Shown piece by piece: positions 18,296 to 28,466 of a stretch of DNA of 64,000 nucleotides (position 1 is its first letter; the number at the start of each line of letters is the position of its first letter). The position numbers were made by a program, and so were the translations under genes. A model generated the notes under the pieces. It did not search any database and was not told the DNA's origin. It saw nothing but the letters and a program-made list of their open reading frames with translations. The DNA is from Candidatus Latescibacterota bacterium (GTDB lineage: Bacteria; Latescibacterota; UBA2968; UBA8231). The DNA lies in contig OY730476.1 in NCBI GenBank assembly GCA_963422735.1, forward strand, positions 480,001 through 544,000, written 5' to 3'.

Positions 18296-19426
18296 ATGAA
18301 AAACAAAAGCCTCATTCCGTCCGTGGATTTCGTCGGGCTCGACGCGGTAACCCATCTCTGCACCGGGGGCGAAGCTCCTTGGCTAAAAGGGCAGAGCACG
18401 GTGTACGCGGAATTCGCACAGTGCAAAAGCAGCGGCGACCGCGGTCGCCGTGCCATCTACGCTCGCGGCGCGCGCTGCCGCCAGCGCATGGGGCAGTTGT
18501 GGGGCGTTCCGGCCGAGCGGATCGCCTTTATGCCGTCGGCGGCCGAGGGCATGGCTTGGTTGGCGCGGGGTTTAGACTGGCGGCCGGGCGATAATGTGGT
18601 CACCACCAACTTGGAATTTCCCTCGGTGGCGTACAATTGGCGCAACGTGCGTCAGCAAGGGGTCGAGTTGCGGCTGGTGCCGCATCGCGACTGGTTGGTG
18701 CGGGAGGACGATCTGTTGGCGTCAGTCGATGAGCGCACTCGAGTCTTGGCCGTAAGCCAAGTCAGCTTCTACACCGGGCAAAACCTCGATGTCGAGCAGC
18801 TTGCGGTCGGGCTTGCCGGACGCGATGCGCTCTTGGCGGTTGATGCGACCCATGCCGCGGGCGCGGTCGCTGTGCCGGCGGCGTGTACCGACGTATGCGT
18901 CAGTTCGTGCTACAAGTGGCTTTTGGCGACCCACGGGGTTGCGCCGTGTTATCTGAGCGAGCGGGCCGAGGCGCAAGTGCGCTCTACGGCCTTTGGCTGG
19001 CGCAATTTGGCGGTGTGGCCGGCCCAAGGAGCTGAGCGCGCGCCGGATGCTGACGAAAAGCCGATGCCCGATAAAATGGAGCCGGGCAATCCGGCCATGG
19101 TGGCAGTGCTCTACCTCGACTACGCCTTGGGGCGGCTGTTGGACGTGGGAATAGAGCGGATAGCGGAGCACAATCGCGACTTGTCCGAACAAATCAGTGC
19201 CGGGCTAGAGCACCTTGGGCGGCAGGTCATTTCGCCGAGTGCGCGGCCGCAGCGCTCGGGCAATACCTGTTTTGCGGACGACGACGCGCACCGGCTGTGC
19301 GAGGCCCTCGCCGATCAGGGGGTGTTGGTGTGGGGGGAATACGGGCGGGTGCGGGTCTCGGGGCATTTGTACAACAATAGTGACGATGTCGAGCGTTTTT
19401 TGGCGATCTTGGGCGAGTTGGTGTAG
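18296..19426 (+). CDS. Class V PLP aminotransferase / cysteine desulfurase-like protein
   Basis: LEFPSV, VDATHAAG, SCYKWLL, RVSGHLYN. Confidence 0.85.
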   Translation: MKNKSLIPSVDFVGLDAVTHLCTGGEAPWLKGQSTVYAEFAQCKSSGDRGRRAIYARGARCRQRMGQLWGVPAERIAFMPSAAEGMAWLARGLDWRPGDNVVTTNLEFPSVAYNWRNVRQQGVELRLVPHRDWLVREDDLLASVDERTRVLAVSQVSFYTGQNLDVEQLAVGLAGRDALLAVDATHAAGAVAVPAACTDVCVSSCYKWLLATHGVAPCYLSERAEAQVRSTAFGWRNLAVWPAQGAERAPDADEKPMPDKMEPGNPAMVAVLYLDYALGRLLDVGIERIAEHNRDLSEQISAGLEHLGRQVISPSARPQRSGNTCFADDDAHRLCEALADQGVLVWGEYGRVRVSGHLYNNSDDVERFLAILGELV

Positions 19427-19453
19427 GGAGGTGAGGCATAGGATGAGGAGAAC

Positions 19454-19531
19454 ATGATTTGCAAAGAACTCATTGAAGTCGCTCTGCTGCTCGGTATTAA
19501 CTCGGTGGTGTGGGCATCAAAAGCAAGGTAG
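19454..19531 (+). pseudogene. 5' remnant resembling the DUF1156 DNA methylase N-terminus
   Basis: MICKELIEVALLLGIN versus family start KKLIEVALPLxAIN; RBS GAGGAG; very short match. Confidence 0.4.
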
Positions 19532-19545
19532 AGGAGTAAACCGAG

Positions 19546-20964
19546 ATGGATGGAGTGAGTATTGCACTGGTGATTGTCGCCTTCTTGGTGCTAATCGCGC
19601 TATTGATCGCCGTTAGCGCGTTGCGATCGAACGCGACAGCTAATCGAGAAAAGGTAGAACTTGCCGCAGTCAACGCTCGACTGGAGAGCGACCTGAAAAA
19701 CTTAGAGGCGCAAGCCGAAGCCGCACGGCAAGAAGCTGGCGAGGTTGACCAACTGCGAATCGCCAACGCGCAGTTGTCCCAGCGTCTGGAGACCGAGTCG
19801 GAATTGCTGACGAAGACGACGCGGGCCAAAGAAGCCGTTGATCAGCAGCTAACGGAATTGCAGGATCAGTTCCAATCGTTGAATGCTGAAAAGGCTGGGC
19901 TAGAAAGTGATCTGAAGAATGCACGCGCGAAGGCGGAGGAACAGGCCGAGTGGGTGAAACGCTCAACAGCCGAGTTTAAGGCAATGTCGTCAGAGGTCTT
20001 GGCCGAGCAGCGGAAGTCATTTATGGACACGGCGAAAGAGACGCTTGAAGAGCGTGAAAAGGCAGTAGAGCAAATGGTAAAGCCATTGGCGGAAAAGATC
20101 GACACTTTGGACAAGTCGCGAGTGGAAAGTATGGCTTCCCTGAAGGAACAGATCGAGTTGCTAGTACGGTCTAACGGCCAAGTGGCGAACGAGGCGCGTA
20201 GTCTATCGTCGGCACTATCGAAGCCACAGGTGCGTGGGGCATGGGGAGAAATGCAAGTCGAGCGCGTACTCGAACTCGCCGGGCTGCAGAAAGGCATCCA
20301 CTACACGACGCAGGATGGCGACCAAAAAGGTGGTCGTACGGACTTCATCGTACATCTGCCGCACGACCGGGACATCATCCTCGACTCAAAGGTCGTGCTG
20401 TCGGCATTGCAAGAAGCAGGTGAAGCGAACGCAGACGATGTGCATGAGGAGAAACTGAAGCGTCACGCCGTACAGATGCGGTCGTATGCGGAGAATCTGG
20501 GATCCAAGGAGTATTGGAGCAATCTGCCTAAGACGGCCGACTTCGTGGTAATGGTCGTGCCGGAGTTCGCACTGGCACCAGCAGTCGAGCGCGAACCGGC
20601 ACTGATCGAACGAGCCCTTGAGAGGAAGGTCGTGATAGCGACGTACTCGACATTGGTGGCGTTGCTGAAGTGCGTAGCGATGGGGTGGCAGGAGCGGAAT
20701 ATCACGGAAAAGGCGCATGAAATCGGATAGCTGGGTAAGGACCTACACAATCGTTTGGCGACATTTGCCAAGCACCTCGCATCAGTTGGACAGGCACTGG
20801 ACGCGGCAGTATCTCGTTACAATGACAGCGTAGGTTCGTTCGATGGGCGGCTGTTGCCTCAGGCGCGTCGGTTCTTGGAACTCGACGTCGGCACGACACG
20901 TGAGATTCCTACCTTGAATCAGATTGACCAGAACTCGCGGCGTTTGCAAAGTGCCGAAGCTTGA
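19546..20964 (+). pseudogene. rmuC: DNA recombination protein RmuC interrupted by an in-frame TAG at 20728-20730
   Basis: RGAWGEMQVERVLELAGL, DFIVHLP..IILDSK; the same frame continues LGKDLHNRL...YNDSVGSFDGRLLPQARRF to 20964. Confidence 0.85.
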
Positions 20965-21146
20965 TGAGCGGTAGCTGGCTAGCTAGCTATGGCCCATTAT
21001 CAATTAAAAGCGCGTATAGGGGCTTGGGCTCTTCATCCGGTGGAGGTGAGTACCGGTGATGACGAGGCCGCCCACTACGATGGTTATGGCCTAATCCGGC
21101 CCGCAATTACCCGTCAAGGTGTATTACCTAAGTAAGGTTTACCTTA

Positions 21147-21580
21147 ATGAGTACATTTTGGAATTGGCCCGGCTCCCGTTGGTGGCGTGCGGCAGTGGAA
21201 GCCAGCGAAAACAAATTCCGGAAAGTATCCTCCCAGCTTGTCGAAGAAGGCATTTCCGATCCGAACGAGTACGGAGACCTATTGGAACAAGCGGCTAAGC
21301 TCGAGCAAGAAATCGAAACTCTAAAAAAAGAGCAAGAGCGGACGAAGAAACTGGAAGACGAGGCCACCAAAACTCTCGCCGAATACCGCGAGCTACGCAG
21401 TGAGTTGAGTGACAAACGCCGAAGTTTCGCGGAGAAGGCGTCAGACGAGAGCATCCGCGTTGAAATAGACGAACACGCAAACTGCAAGAATCTCGCGGAA
21501 GATTTGACCGGGATTCTTGGCCTTGAGCGCTTTGAGGGTGACCGTCAGGAACTCGCCCGGAGAATTCAGCCTAAACAGGC
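21147..21580 (+). pseudogene. Deleted TrlF/Ppl-like PHP-AAA ATPase: N-terminal 14 aa joined to an internal coiled coil
   Basis: WNWPGSRWWR matches the family start (GSRWWKFDFHTH) but the PHP motif is absent; coiled-coil segment follows. Confidence 0.55.
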
Positions 21581-22666
21581 TCACCGCACCTAAGCGCGAC
21601 GAATTTGCCGACGAGTTGGCCAGCATGGCTAATGGTCGGGGAGGGACGGTTTTGCTGGGGGTTGAAGGCGAGAGCCGCGAAATCCTGGGCATCCCAGTTG
21701 ATCGGTTAGACGCGGTCGGAGCGTGGGTGAGGGAAATCTGCAACGACTCTGTGGATCCTCCACTCGACGCGGAGATCCGAAAGATCGAACTTTCTAGCGC
21801 AGACGGCAGTCTCGTTGCCGTAATTTGCGTCGAAACCGTCCGCAGTCTGTTTGTCCACAAGAGTCCAAGCGGCTATTTCCGCAGGATCGGCAGTTCAAAG
21901 CGCGAGATGTCGCCTGAGTTGCTCGCCCGGCTGTTCCAAGAGCGCAGCCAGAGCCGCGTAATTCGGTTCGACGAGTCGCCGGTGCCTGGGACCTCACCGG
22001 AAAATCTGGATGATGGATTGACTCGCCGATTCTTACGGGAGGATGGTGTTTTGACCGAGGACGATCTGCGTAAACTTAGGATCGTCGCCAACGACGAAGA
22101 CGACATCGCACGGATCACAGTCGCCGGTATGCTGTTATGTACTCGCGATCCGGGACAGTGGATGCCACATGCACAGATTCAGGCGGTGAGCTATGTGGGC
22201 GAGCGACAGGACATCAATTATCAAAGCGATGCTCGCGACTTTGGTGGGCCGCTTGATGATCAGGTTATTGAGGCGTTGCACTTCGTGCGCAGGAATATGC
22301 GTGCGGTTTTTGAGGCACTCGTCAACGCGGTCGCCCACAGAGATTACTCAATGGTGGGGGCGAGGATACGTCTGCACATGTTCGGGAACCGTCTCGAATT
22401 CTATGTACCAGGAGCACTGGCGAATACGCTCACACCAGACAGTATGGATTTGCGGCAATACAGCCGAAACGAGTTGATCGTTTCGCTGCTGGCGCGTTGC
22501 CCTGTTTGGGAGAGCGAGGAATTGGGGCGGACGCGTATATATGGATCGAAGAGGGGATGGAGTGCCGATCATTCTAAACGAGAGCCGTGCATTCTCGGGC
22601 CGTCTCCCCGAGTACAGCCTGATTGGCGACAGCGAGTTGCGGTTGGTGATTTGGGCGGCGTCATAG
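21581..22666 (+). pseudogene. AlbA_2 (Schlafen-like) plus HATPase_c_4 ATP-binding protein, degraded
   Basis: DELASMANGRGGTVLLGV, YFRRIGSSKR, AVFEALVNAVAHRDYS; no start, probable internal deletion after NMR, frameshift near 22538 before MDRRGDGVPII. Confidence 0.75.
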
Positions 22667-22671
22667 CCCAA

Positions 22672-24024
22672 TCAATCGCCAAAAAACTCTCCGTAGAGCG
22701 AGCGCACGGCCGCGGGAATGTCTCCGGCCTTGATGCCGAACATCATGCTGACCTCGCTCGACCCCTGATTGATCATCTCTAGGTTGACGCGGGCGCGGGC
22801 AAAGGCACTGCAGGCGCGGCCTGCCAAGCCAATGGTGTGGTGCATGCCCTCGCCGACGATCATTGCCAAGGCGAGGCCGCGGGCGACCGACAGTTCATCT
22901 ACTTCTAGCTCGGTGCGAATCCGGCGTAGGACCCGCTCTTCGGCCGCGCGGTTGAAATACGACTCGCGCACGATCACCGACATGTTGTCAATGCCCGAAG
23001 GAGTGTGCTCAAAGGGGATTCCCTCGTCCTCAAAAATGGCCAGCAAGCGGCGGCCAAAGCCCACTTCTCGGTTCATCAGGTACTTACTGATGTACACGCT
23101 GCAAAACCCGTCGGTGGCGGCGATGCCGACGACTGGGTGATCGCCGACCGTGCGCTGGGGGACGATGCGGGTGCCGGGTGCCTGAGGGTTATTGGTGTTT
23201 TTGACGACGACCGGAATCCCAGCGTGGAACACGGGTTCGAGGGCTTCGTCGTGAAATACGGAAAACCCCGCGTAGGACAGCTCGCGCATCTCTCGGTAGG
23301 TAATCTCGGAGACAGCGACCGGGTCGGCCACGAGCGCGGGATTGGCCGCAAAGACCGAGTCCACGTCCGTGAAGTTTTCGTACACGGTCGCATCGACGGC
23401 CGCGGCGAGGATCGCGCCGGTTATGTCCGAGCCACCGCGCGAGAAGGTAACGACGCGGCCCGCGGACGAATAGCCGAAAAAACCGGGGAAAATGGTGAGG
23501 CCCGGGCGGTCCTTTAGCTGGCGCAGCTTGCCGTAGGACGCCTGCAAGACGCGGGCGTTGCCCGGCTCTTCCGAGAGGATGAGGCCGCCCGCGCCCGGGT
23601 CGAGATAGTGGGCTTCGGCTCCGCTATGGCGCAGGTATTCGGCAACTAGGCGGGCGCAGTTGTCCTCGCCGCCGGCCTTCATAGCGTCCGCGTAGAGCGC
23701 TTCGTCGCTCGTGCTCATGGCCAGCCGCCGCTCAAAGTCGGCGACAATGGGCGCGAGTGCGGTGTTCGGCAAACCAAGGTCGCCAACGATAGCGGCATAG
23801 CGATCGATGACGCGCGCGAGTGCGATGCACCCGTCTTGGTTGGTTAGCTGGGCGCGGACCACCTCGATGAGGAGATCGGTGACCTTGGTGTCCTCCCGGT
23901 TGCGCTTTCCCGGGGCCGAGACCACGACGAGCCGGCGTTCTGGATCGGCGGTGACAATGGCGCATATTTTCTCTATTTGCTCGGCTGACGCGAGGGACGA
24001 GCCGCCGAATTTAGCTACTTTCAT
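22672..24024 (-). CDS. lysC: Aspartate kinase
   Basis: KVAKFGGSSLA, VVVSAPG, TFSRGGSDITG, C-terminal ACT domains. Confidence 0.95.
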   Translation of the reverse strand: MKVAKFGGSSLASAEQIEKICAIVTADPERRLVVVSAPGKRNREDTKVTDLLIEVVRAQLTNQDGCIALARVIDRYAAIVGDLGLPNTALAPIVADFERRLAMSTSDEALYADAMKAGGEDNCARLVAEYLRHSGAEAHYLDPGAGGLILSEEPGNARVLQASYGKLRQLKDRPGLTIFPGFFGYSSAGRVVTFSRGGSDITGAILAAAVDATVYENFTDVDSVFAANPALVADPVAVSEITYREMRELSYAGFSVFHDEALEPVFHAGIPVVVKNTNNPQAPGTRIVPQRTVGDHPVVGIAATDGFCSVYISKYLMNREVGFGRRLLAIFEDEGIPFEHTPSGIDNMSVIVRESYFNRAAEERVLRRIRTELEVDELSVARGLALAMIVGEGMHHTIGLAGRACSAFARARVNLEMINQGSSEVSMMFGIKAGDIPAAVRSLYGEFFGD

Positions 24025-24193
24025 TGCGTTCCTTTGCGAATACAGGTTCGCCTCACAAAAAATGCATGGATTGCCGTTTTTACAAATTTGTCTTGAGGGA
24101 GCTTTATGATTATCTTAATAAGTTTATCACGGGACTGAATGATTTTTAAGATTCCGCCGCGCCAGCGGCCCCTATCCCACGCGAAGGTCCACA

Positions 24194-25165
24194 ATGAAAG
24201 CAGTGCGTTTCCACCAGTGCGGAGGTCCTGAGGTCCTCACCTATGAGGACGTACCCGCGCCCACTCCTAAGCCGGGCGAGGCCGTAGTCGAAATTAAAGC
24301 TATCGGTTTAAATTATATCGACACCTATCACCGCGAAGGGCTGTACCCAGTCGAGCTGCCTTGCATCCCCGGCATGGAAGCCGCCGGAATCGTCGCTCGC
24401 GTCGGCGAGGGCGTGGAGGGTGTGCAAGTGGGCGATCGCGTGGCCTATGCCGGGTCGATGGGGTCGTATGCCGCAGAAGCTGCCGTGCCCGCCGATCGCT
24501 TGGTCCCTTTGCCTGCCGCAGCGTCCTATCAAGTGGGGGCCGCTGCTTTGCTACAAGGCATGACGGCGCATTACCTAGCCCATGGGTCTTATCGGCTGGG
24601 CCGCGAAGACACCGCTTTGATCCACGCCGGGGCCGGCGGCGTGGGCCTGCTCTTGATTCAGATGGCCAAGCGGTGCGGTGCGCGGGTGTTTTGCACGGTC
24701 TCGACCGATGAAAAGGAACAATTGGCGCGGGGGGCTGGGGCCGATGAGGTCATCCGCTATACCGAGCGAGACTTTGAACAAGACGTCATGGCACTCACCG
24801 AAGGGCGCGGGGTCAATGTAGTGTACGATTCCGTGGGTAAGGCGACCTTTGACAAGAGCTTAAACGCGCTCAGGCCCTTGGGCTACTTGGTGTTGTTTGG
24901 TCAGTCGAGCGGCCCGGTCCCGCCCTTTGACCCCGGCATCCTCAGCACCAGGGGTTCGCTCTTTTTAACTCGGCCGACCATGCTGCACTACATCCAGACC
25001 CGCGAGGACCTATTAGAACGCGCCGGTGCGGTGCTGGAATGGATCGCCAGCGGCGAGTTGGCGCTACGCATCAGTGCTCAGGTCGCCTTGTCGGACGCGG
25101 CTGAAGCCCACCGCGCCTTGCAGGGGCGCAAGACGACTGGCAAGGTCGTCCTCATACCGAATTGA
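24194..25165 (+). CDS. qor: NADPH:quinone oxidoreductase
   Basis: GLNYID, LLQGMTAHYL, HAGAGGVG, YDSVGK, GSLFLTRP. Confidence 0.93.
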   Translation: MKAVRFHQCGGPEVLTYEDVPAPTPKPGEAVVEIKAIGLNYIDTYHREGLYPVELPCIPGMEAAGIVARVGEGVEGVQVGDRVAYAGSMGSYAAEAAVPADRLVPLPAAASYQVGAAALLQGMTAHYLAHGSYRLGREDTALIHAGAGGVGLLLIQMAKRCGARVFCTVSTDEKEQLARGAGADEVIRYTERDFEQDVMALTEGRGVNVVYDSVGKATFDKSLNALRPLGYLVLFGQSSGPVPPFDPGILSTRGSLFLTRPTMLHYIQTREDLLERAGAVLEWIASGELALRISAQVALSDAAEAHRALQGRKTTGKVVLIPN

Positions 25166-25185
25166 AGTAGCCAAAGAGGTAGGCG

Positions 25186-26430
25186 ATGGCAGAGGCAGAT
25201 TCAAAGGACGAACTAACCCCGGCCCCCGACTCCGATGCACAAGGCGCGGATTTTGCCCAGATGCTCGACTCCAAAGGGGCACCACCGGCTCCGACCACCA
25301 ATGCGGTCGCAGTCGGCGACGAGGTCAGCGGCGTGATCGCCAAGGTCGAAGACGAGAACAGCTTTGTGGAGTACGGCAGTCGGGATGAGGCCATAATCCG
25401 CACCAGCGAGCTCAAAGGCCCCGATGGGGAAATGCGCTATAAGGTCGGCGACCCAATCGCGGCGTTTGTCGTGGCTGTTGGGGACGAGGTCCAGATCAGT
25501 CGCGGGTTGAGTCGCCAAGACACCCAAGCCGACTTGCTCTACCAAGCGTACAAGGCCGGGCTGCCGGTCGAGGGCCGGGTTGATGCGGTCAACAAGGGGG
25601 GATTGGGCGTGACCATCGAGGGCGATGTGCGCGGTTTTTGCCCGATTTCGCACGTTGATACCCAGTACGTGGAAAACGCCGAAGAGTACCGCGGCCAGAC
25701 CTTGACCTTTAAGATTATAGAGTTCCGCCACCAGGGCCGCGTTATCGTCCTGTCGCGCCGGGCCTTGCTCGAAGCTAAGCAAGACAAGGCCGCCGGCTTG
25801 GTGCGCAGCCAGCTAAAGAAGGGAGCACAACTAGCGGGTAAGGTGACGCGGCTGGAGTCTTTTGGGGCGTTCGTCGATTTAGGTTCCGGGGTGGAGGGCT
25901 TGGTCCACGTCTCGGAAATCAGCCATCGGCGCGTCGGCCATCCCAAGGAGGTCCTCGCGGCGGGACAGCAAGTCCAAGTCGAGGTCTTGCGCACCAAGGA
26001 CTTGGGCAAGCGGCGTAAGGAGCGGATATCGCTTTCGATCAAAGTGCTGGAAAAAGATCCTTGGGAAGAGATAAAAGAGCAGCTTGCAGTCGGCACGGTC
26101 GTCGCGGGTAAGGTCGATGGGCTGGAGGATTTTGGCGCATTCGTCGAGCTGGCCGGAGGCGTACGCGGGCTGGTGCATGTCTCTGAGATCGCCGACCGCC
26201 GCATCAGCCACCCGCGCGAGGTCCTCTCGCCCGGGGAAGAGGTTAAGGTGGTGGTGCTCGAAGTGGATGTCCGCCGTCAGCGCTTGCGCCTGTCGATCAA
26301 CCAAGTCGATACCCTCGAATCCAAGGCCCATCTCGCCGAGTTCCGCCAGCGGCAGCAGCAGGAGCAAGAAGCGGAGCAGGGCAGCAGCACCATGCTCGAT
26401 GCGCTCCGGCGCGCCAATCTTACCGATTGA
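25186..26430 (+). CDS. S1 RNA-binding domain protein (4 S1 repeats; RpsA-like)
   Basis: FGAFVDLGSGVEGLVHVSEIS and FGAFVELAGGVRGLVHVSEIA repeats. Confidence 0.88.
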   Translation: MAEADSKDELTPAPDSDAQGADFAQMLDSKGAPPAPTTNAVAVGDEVSGVIAKVEDENSFVEYGSRDEAIIRTSELKGPDGEMRYKVGDPIAAFVVAVGDEVQISRGLSRQDTQADLLYQAYKAGLPVEGRVDAVNKGGLGVTIEGDVRGFCPISHVDTQYVENAEEYRGQTLTFKIIEFRHQGRVIVLSRRALLEAKQDKAAGLVRSQLKKGAQLAGKVTRLESFGAFVDLGSGVEGLVHVSEISHRRVGHPKEVLAAGQQVQVEVLRTKDLGKRRKERISLSIKVLEKDPWEEIKEQLAVGTVVAGKVDGLEDFGAFVELAGGVRGLVHVSEIADRRISHPREVLSPGEEVKVVVLEVDVRRQRLRLSINQVDTLESKAHLAEFRQRQQQEQEAEQGSSTMLDALRRANLTD

Positions 26431-26431
26431 G

Positions 26432-27682
26432 ATGGGGCTGGCCGACGCCATTTTTAACCACCCGCGCACCGGGTACTACGGCGAGTACGGTGGGGCCTTT
26501 ATCCCCGAAATTCTGCGCACTACCCTCGACGAATTGACCCAAGTTTTTGAGGACGTGCGTCGCGACCCCTCCTTTTGGGCGGAGTTCGAGCAGGTGATGC
26601 GGACCTATTCCTGCCGGCCGACCCCGATTACCTTTCTCGAAAACCTCTCCCGCAAGGTCGGCGGGGCACAGCTTTTTCTCAAGCGCGAGGATCTCAACCA
26701 CACGGGTGCCCATAAGGTCAACAACGTCATGGGCCAAGGCTTGTTGGTGCGCCGCATGGGCAAAAGCCGAGTCATCGCCGAGACCGGTGCCGGCCAGCAC
26801 GGCGTGGCCACGGCGACGATGGCCGCCCGCTTGGGGTTGGAATGCACCATCTACATGGGGGCTGTCGATGTCGAGCGCCAGCGGCCCAACGTGTTCTGGA
26901 TGGAGCAATTAGGTGCCGAGGTGGTGCCCGTGACCGATGGCTCGGCCACGCTCAAGGACGCCATCAACGAGAGCTTGCGCGATTGGGCCTATTCTATGGC
27001 CGACACGCACTATGTGCTCGGCACGGCTTGCGGCCCGCATCCCTTCCCACAAATCGTCGCCTATTTCCAGCGGATCATCGGTGAGGAGAGCCGCCAGCAG
27101 ATGCTGGACTCAGTGGGGAGCCTACCCGATAGGGTGTACGCCTGCGTCGGCGGCGGTTCCAACGCCACAGGCCTGTTCTTGGGCTTCCTCGACGACGCAG
27201 CCGTCGAGTTGGTCGGGGTCGAGGCTGGAGGCCGGGGGCTGGAGACCGGCGCGCATGCGTCCCGCTTGGCCGGCCTCGTCGGCACGCCCGGGGTCGCCCA
27301 GGGTTACAAGACCTTCTTTTTCCAAGATGCCGAAGGCCAAATGCGGCACACTCACTCGGTGGCGGCGGGGTTAGACTACATCGGCGTCAGTCCGATTCTC
27401 GCCCACTTGGCCGAGGTGGGCCGGGTGCGCATTGAAGCAGCGACAGACCAAGAAGTGATCGAAGCTCTCAAGCGGATGATGCGCAGCGAGGGGATCATCG
27501 GTGCGCTCGAAAGTGTCCACGCCTTGGCCGGTGCCCTGCGCGAAGTGGGCGAGATGACACCCGACCAAGGTGTGCTGATTGGCCTGTCGGGCCGCGGCGA
27601 CAAGGATATTTTCACCATCGCCGACGCGCTTGAGGACAAAAACTGGCAGTGCTTCCTCGCGGACAAGGCCGCCCGGTCGTGA
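26432..27682 (+). CDS. trpB: Tryptophan synthase beta chain
   Basis: KREDLNHTGAHKVNN, AETGAGQHG, CVGGGSNA, LSGRGDKD. Confidence 0.97.
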   Translation: MGLADAIFNHPRTGYYGEYGGAFIPEILRTTLDELTQVFEDVRRDPSFWAEFEQVMRTYSCRPTPITFLENLSRKVGGAQLFLKREDLNHTGAHKVNNVMGQGLLVRRMGKSRVIAETGAGQHGVATATMAARLGLECTIYMGAVDVERQRPNVFWMEQLGAEVVPVTDGSATLKDAINESLRDWAYSMADTHYVLGTACGPHPFPQIVAYFQRIIGEESRQQMLDSVGSLPDRVYACVGGGSNATGLFLGFLDDAAVELVGVEAGGRGLETGAHASRLAGLVGTPGVAQGYKTFFFQDAEGQMRHTHSVAAGLDYIGVSPILAHLAEVGRVRIEAATDQEVIEALKRMMRSEGIIGALESVHALAGALREVGEMTPDQGVLIGLSGRGDKDIFTIADALEDKNWQCFLADKAARS

Positions 27683-28455
27683 ATCTGCAAGCCTATATCG
27701 AAGAGCGGCTCACCGAGCGCAAGGTTTTGCTGATGACGCATCTGATCGCTGGTTTCCCCTCGCTGGAGGCCAACTGGCGAATGCTGGAGGTCATGGCCGA
27801 GGTCGAGGTCGATTTGGTCGAATTGCAGATGCCCTTTAGCGAGCCCATCGCCGACGGGCCGACCTTTGCGCGAGCCAACCAGCAGGCCCTAGAAAGGGGC
27901 CTTACTCTCGATCAGTACTTTGACTTAATGCAGCGCGCGACCGCGGCTTTTTCCTTTCCGCATTTGATGATGGGCTACTACAACACGGCGTTTCGCTTAG
28001 GGCACGGCCCGTTCTGCCGCCGCTTGGCAGCAAGCGGGGCCTGCGGCTTCATTCTGCCGGACTTGCCCGTCGAAGAGTACGGCGACCTATGGGCAGCAAG
28101 CGCGGAGTGCGAGCAAACGCCAATTTTGCTGATGACCCCAACCAATACCGACCAGCGGCTGCATCAGATCGGTGCCCAAGCCAAAGGGTTTGTCTATGCA
28201 GTGGCGCGCAAGGGCGTAACCGGCCGCCAGACCAACTTAGACGATGGACTCTATCGGTTTATCACGCGCTGCCGCGCGACGACAGCCCTGCCACTGGGAG
28301 TCGGCTTTGGCCTGCGCAGCGGGGAAGATGTGCGCCAGCTACAGGGCCAAGCCGAAGTCGGCATCGTCGGATCGGTGCTTTTGGAGGTCTGGGAACGAGA
28401 AGGGGAGACGGGCTACGCCGCTGTACTGCGCGACTTGGCTGCTGGGCGCGACTGA
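27679..28455 (+). CDS. trpA: Tryptophan synthase alpha chain
   Basis: VELQMPFSEPIADGP, ILPDLP, ARKGVTG, VGFG; GTGA overlap with trpB. Confidence 0.95.
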   Translation: MNLQAYIEERLTERKVLLMTHLIAGFPSLEANWRMLEVMAEVEVDLVELQMPFSEPIADGPTFARANQQALERGLTLDQYFDLMQRATAAFSFPHLMMGYYNTAFRLGHGPFCRRLAASGACGFILPDLPVEEYGDLWAASAECEQTPILLMTPTNTDQRLHQIGAQAKGFVYAVARKGVTGRQTNLDDGLYRFITRCRATTALPLGVGFGLRSGEDVRQLQGQAEVGIVGSVLLEVWEREGETGYAAVLRDLAAGRD

Positions 28456-28466
28456 GGCTGCTGGCC

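Noticed and set aside
11210-20730. Amber readthrough or recoded TAG (in-frame TAG in HAD and rmuC)
   Set aside because: Many intact genes (mraY, recG, pstA, phoB) end in TAG at the expected position, and the HAD is otherwise degraded.
24025-24193. Lysine riboswitch upstream of lysC
   Set aside because: The region is short, AT-rich and shared with the divergent qor promoter; no recognisable aptamer motifs.
26084-26431. N-terminal extension of TrpB in the ORF track
   Set aside because: Overlaps the S1 gene in another frame; homology begins at ATG 26432. The same applies to the extended pstB, phoU, ispG, MFS and 56094-57143 ORFs.
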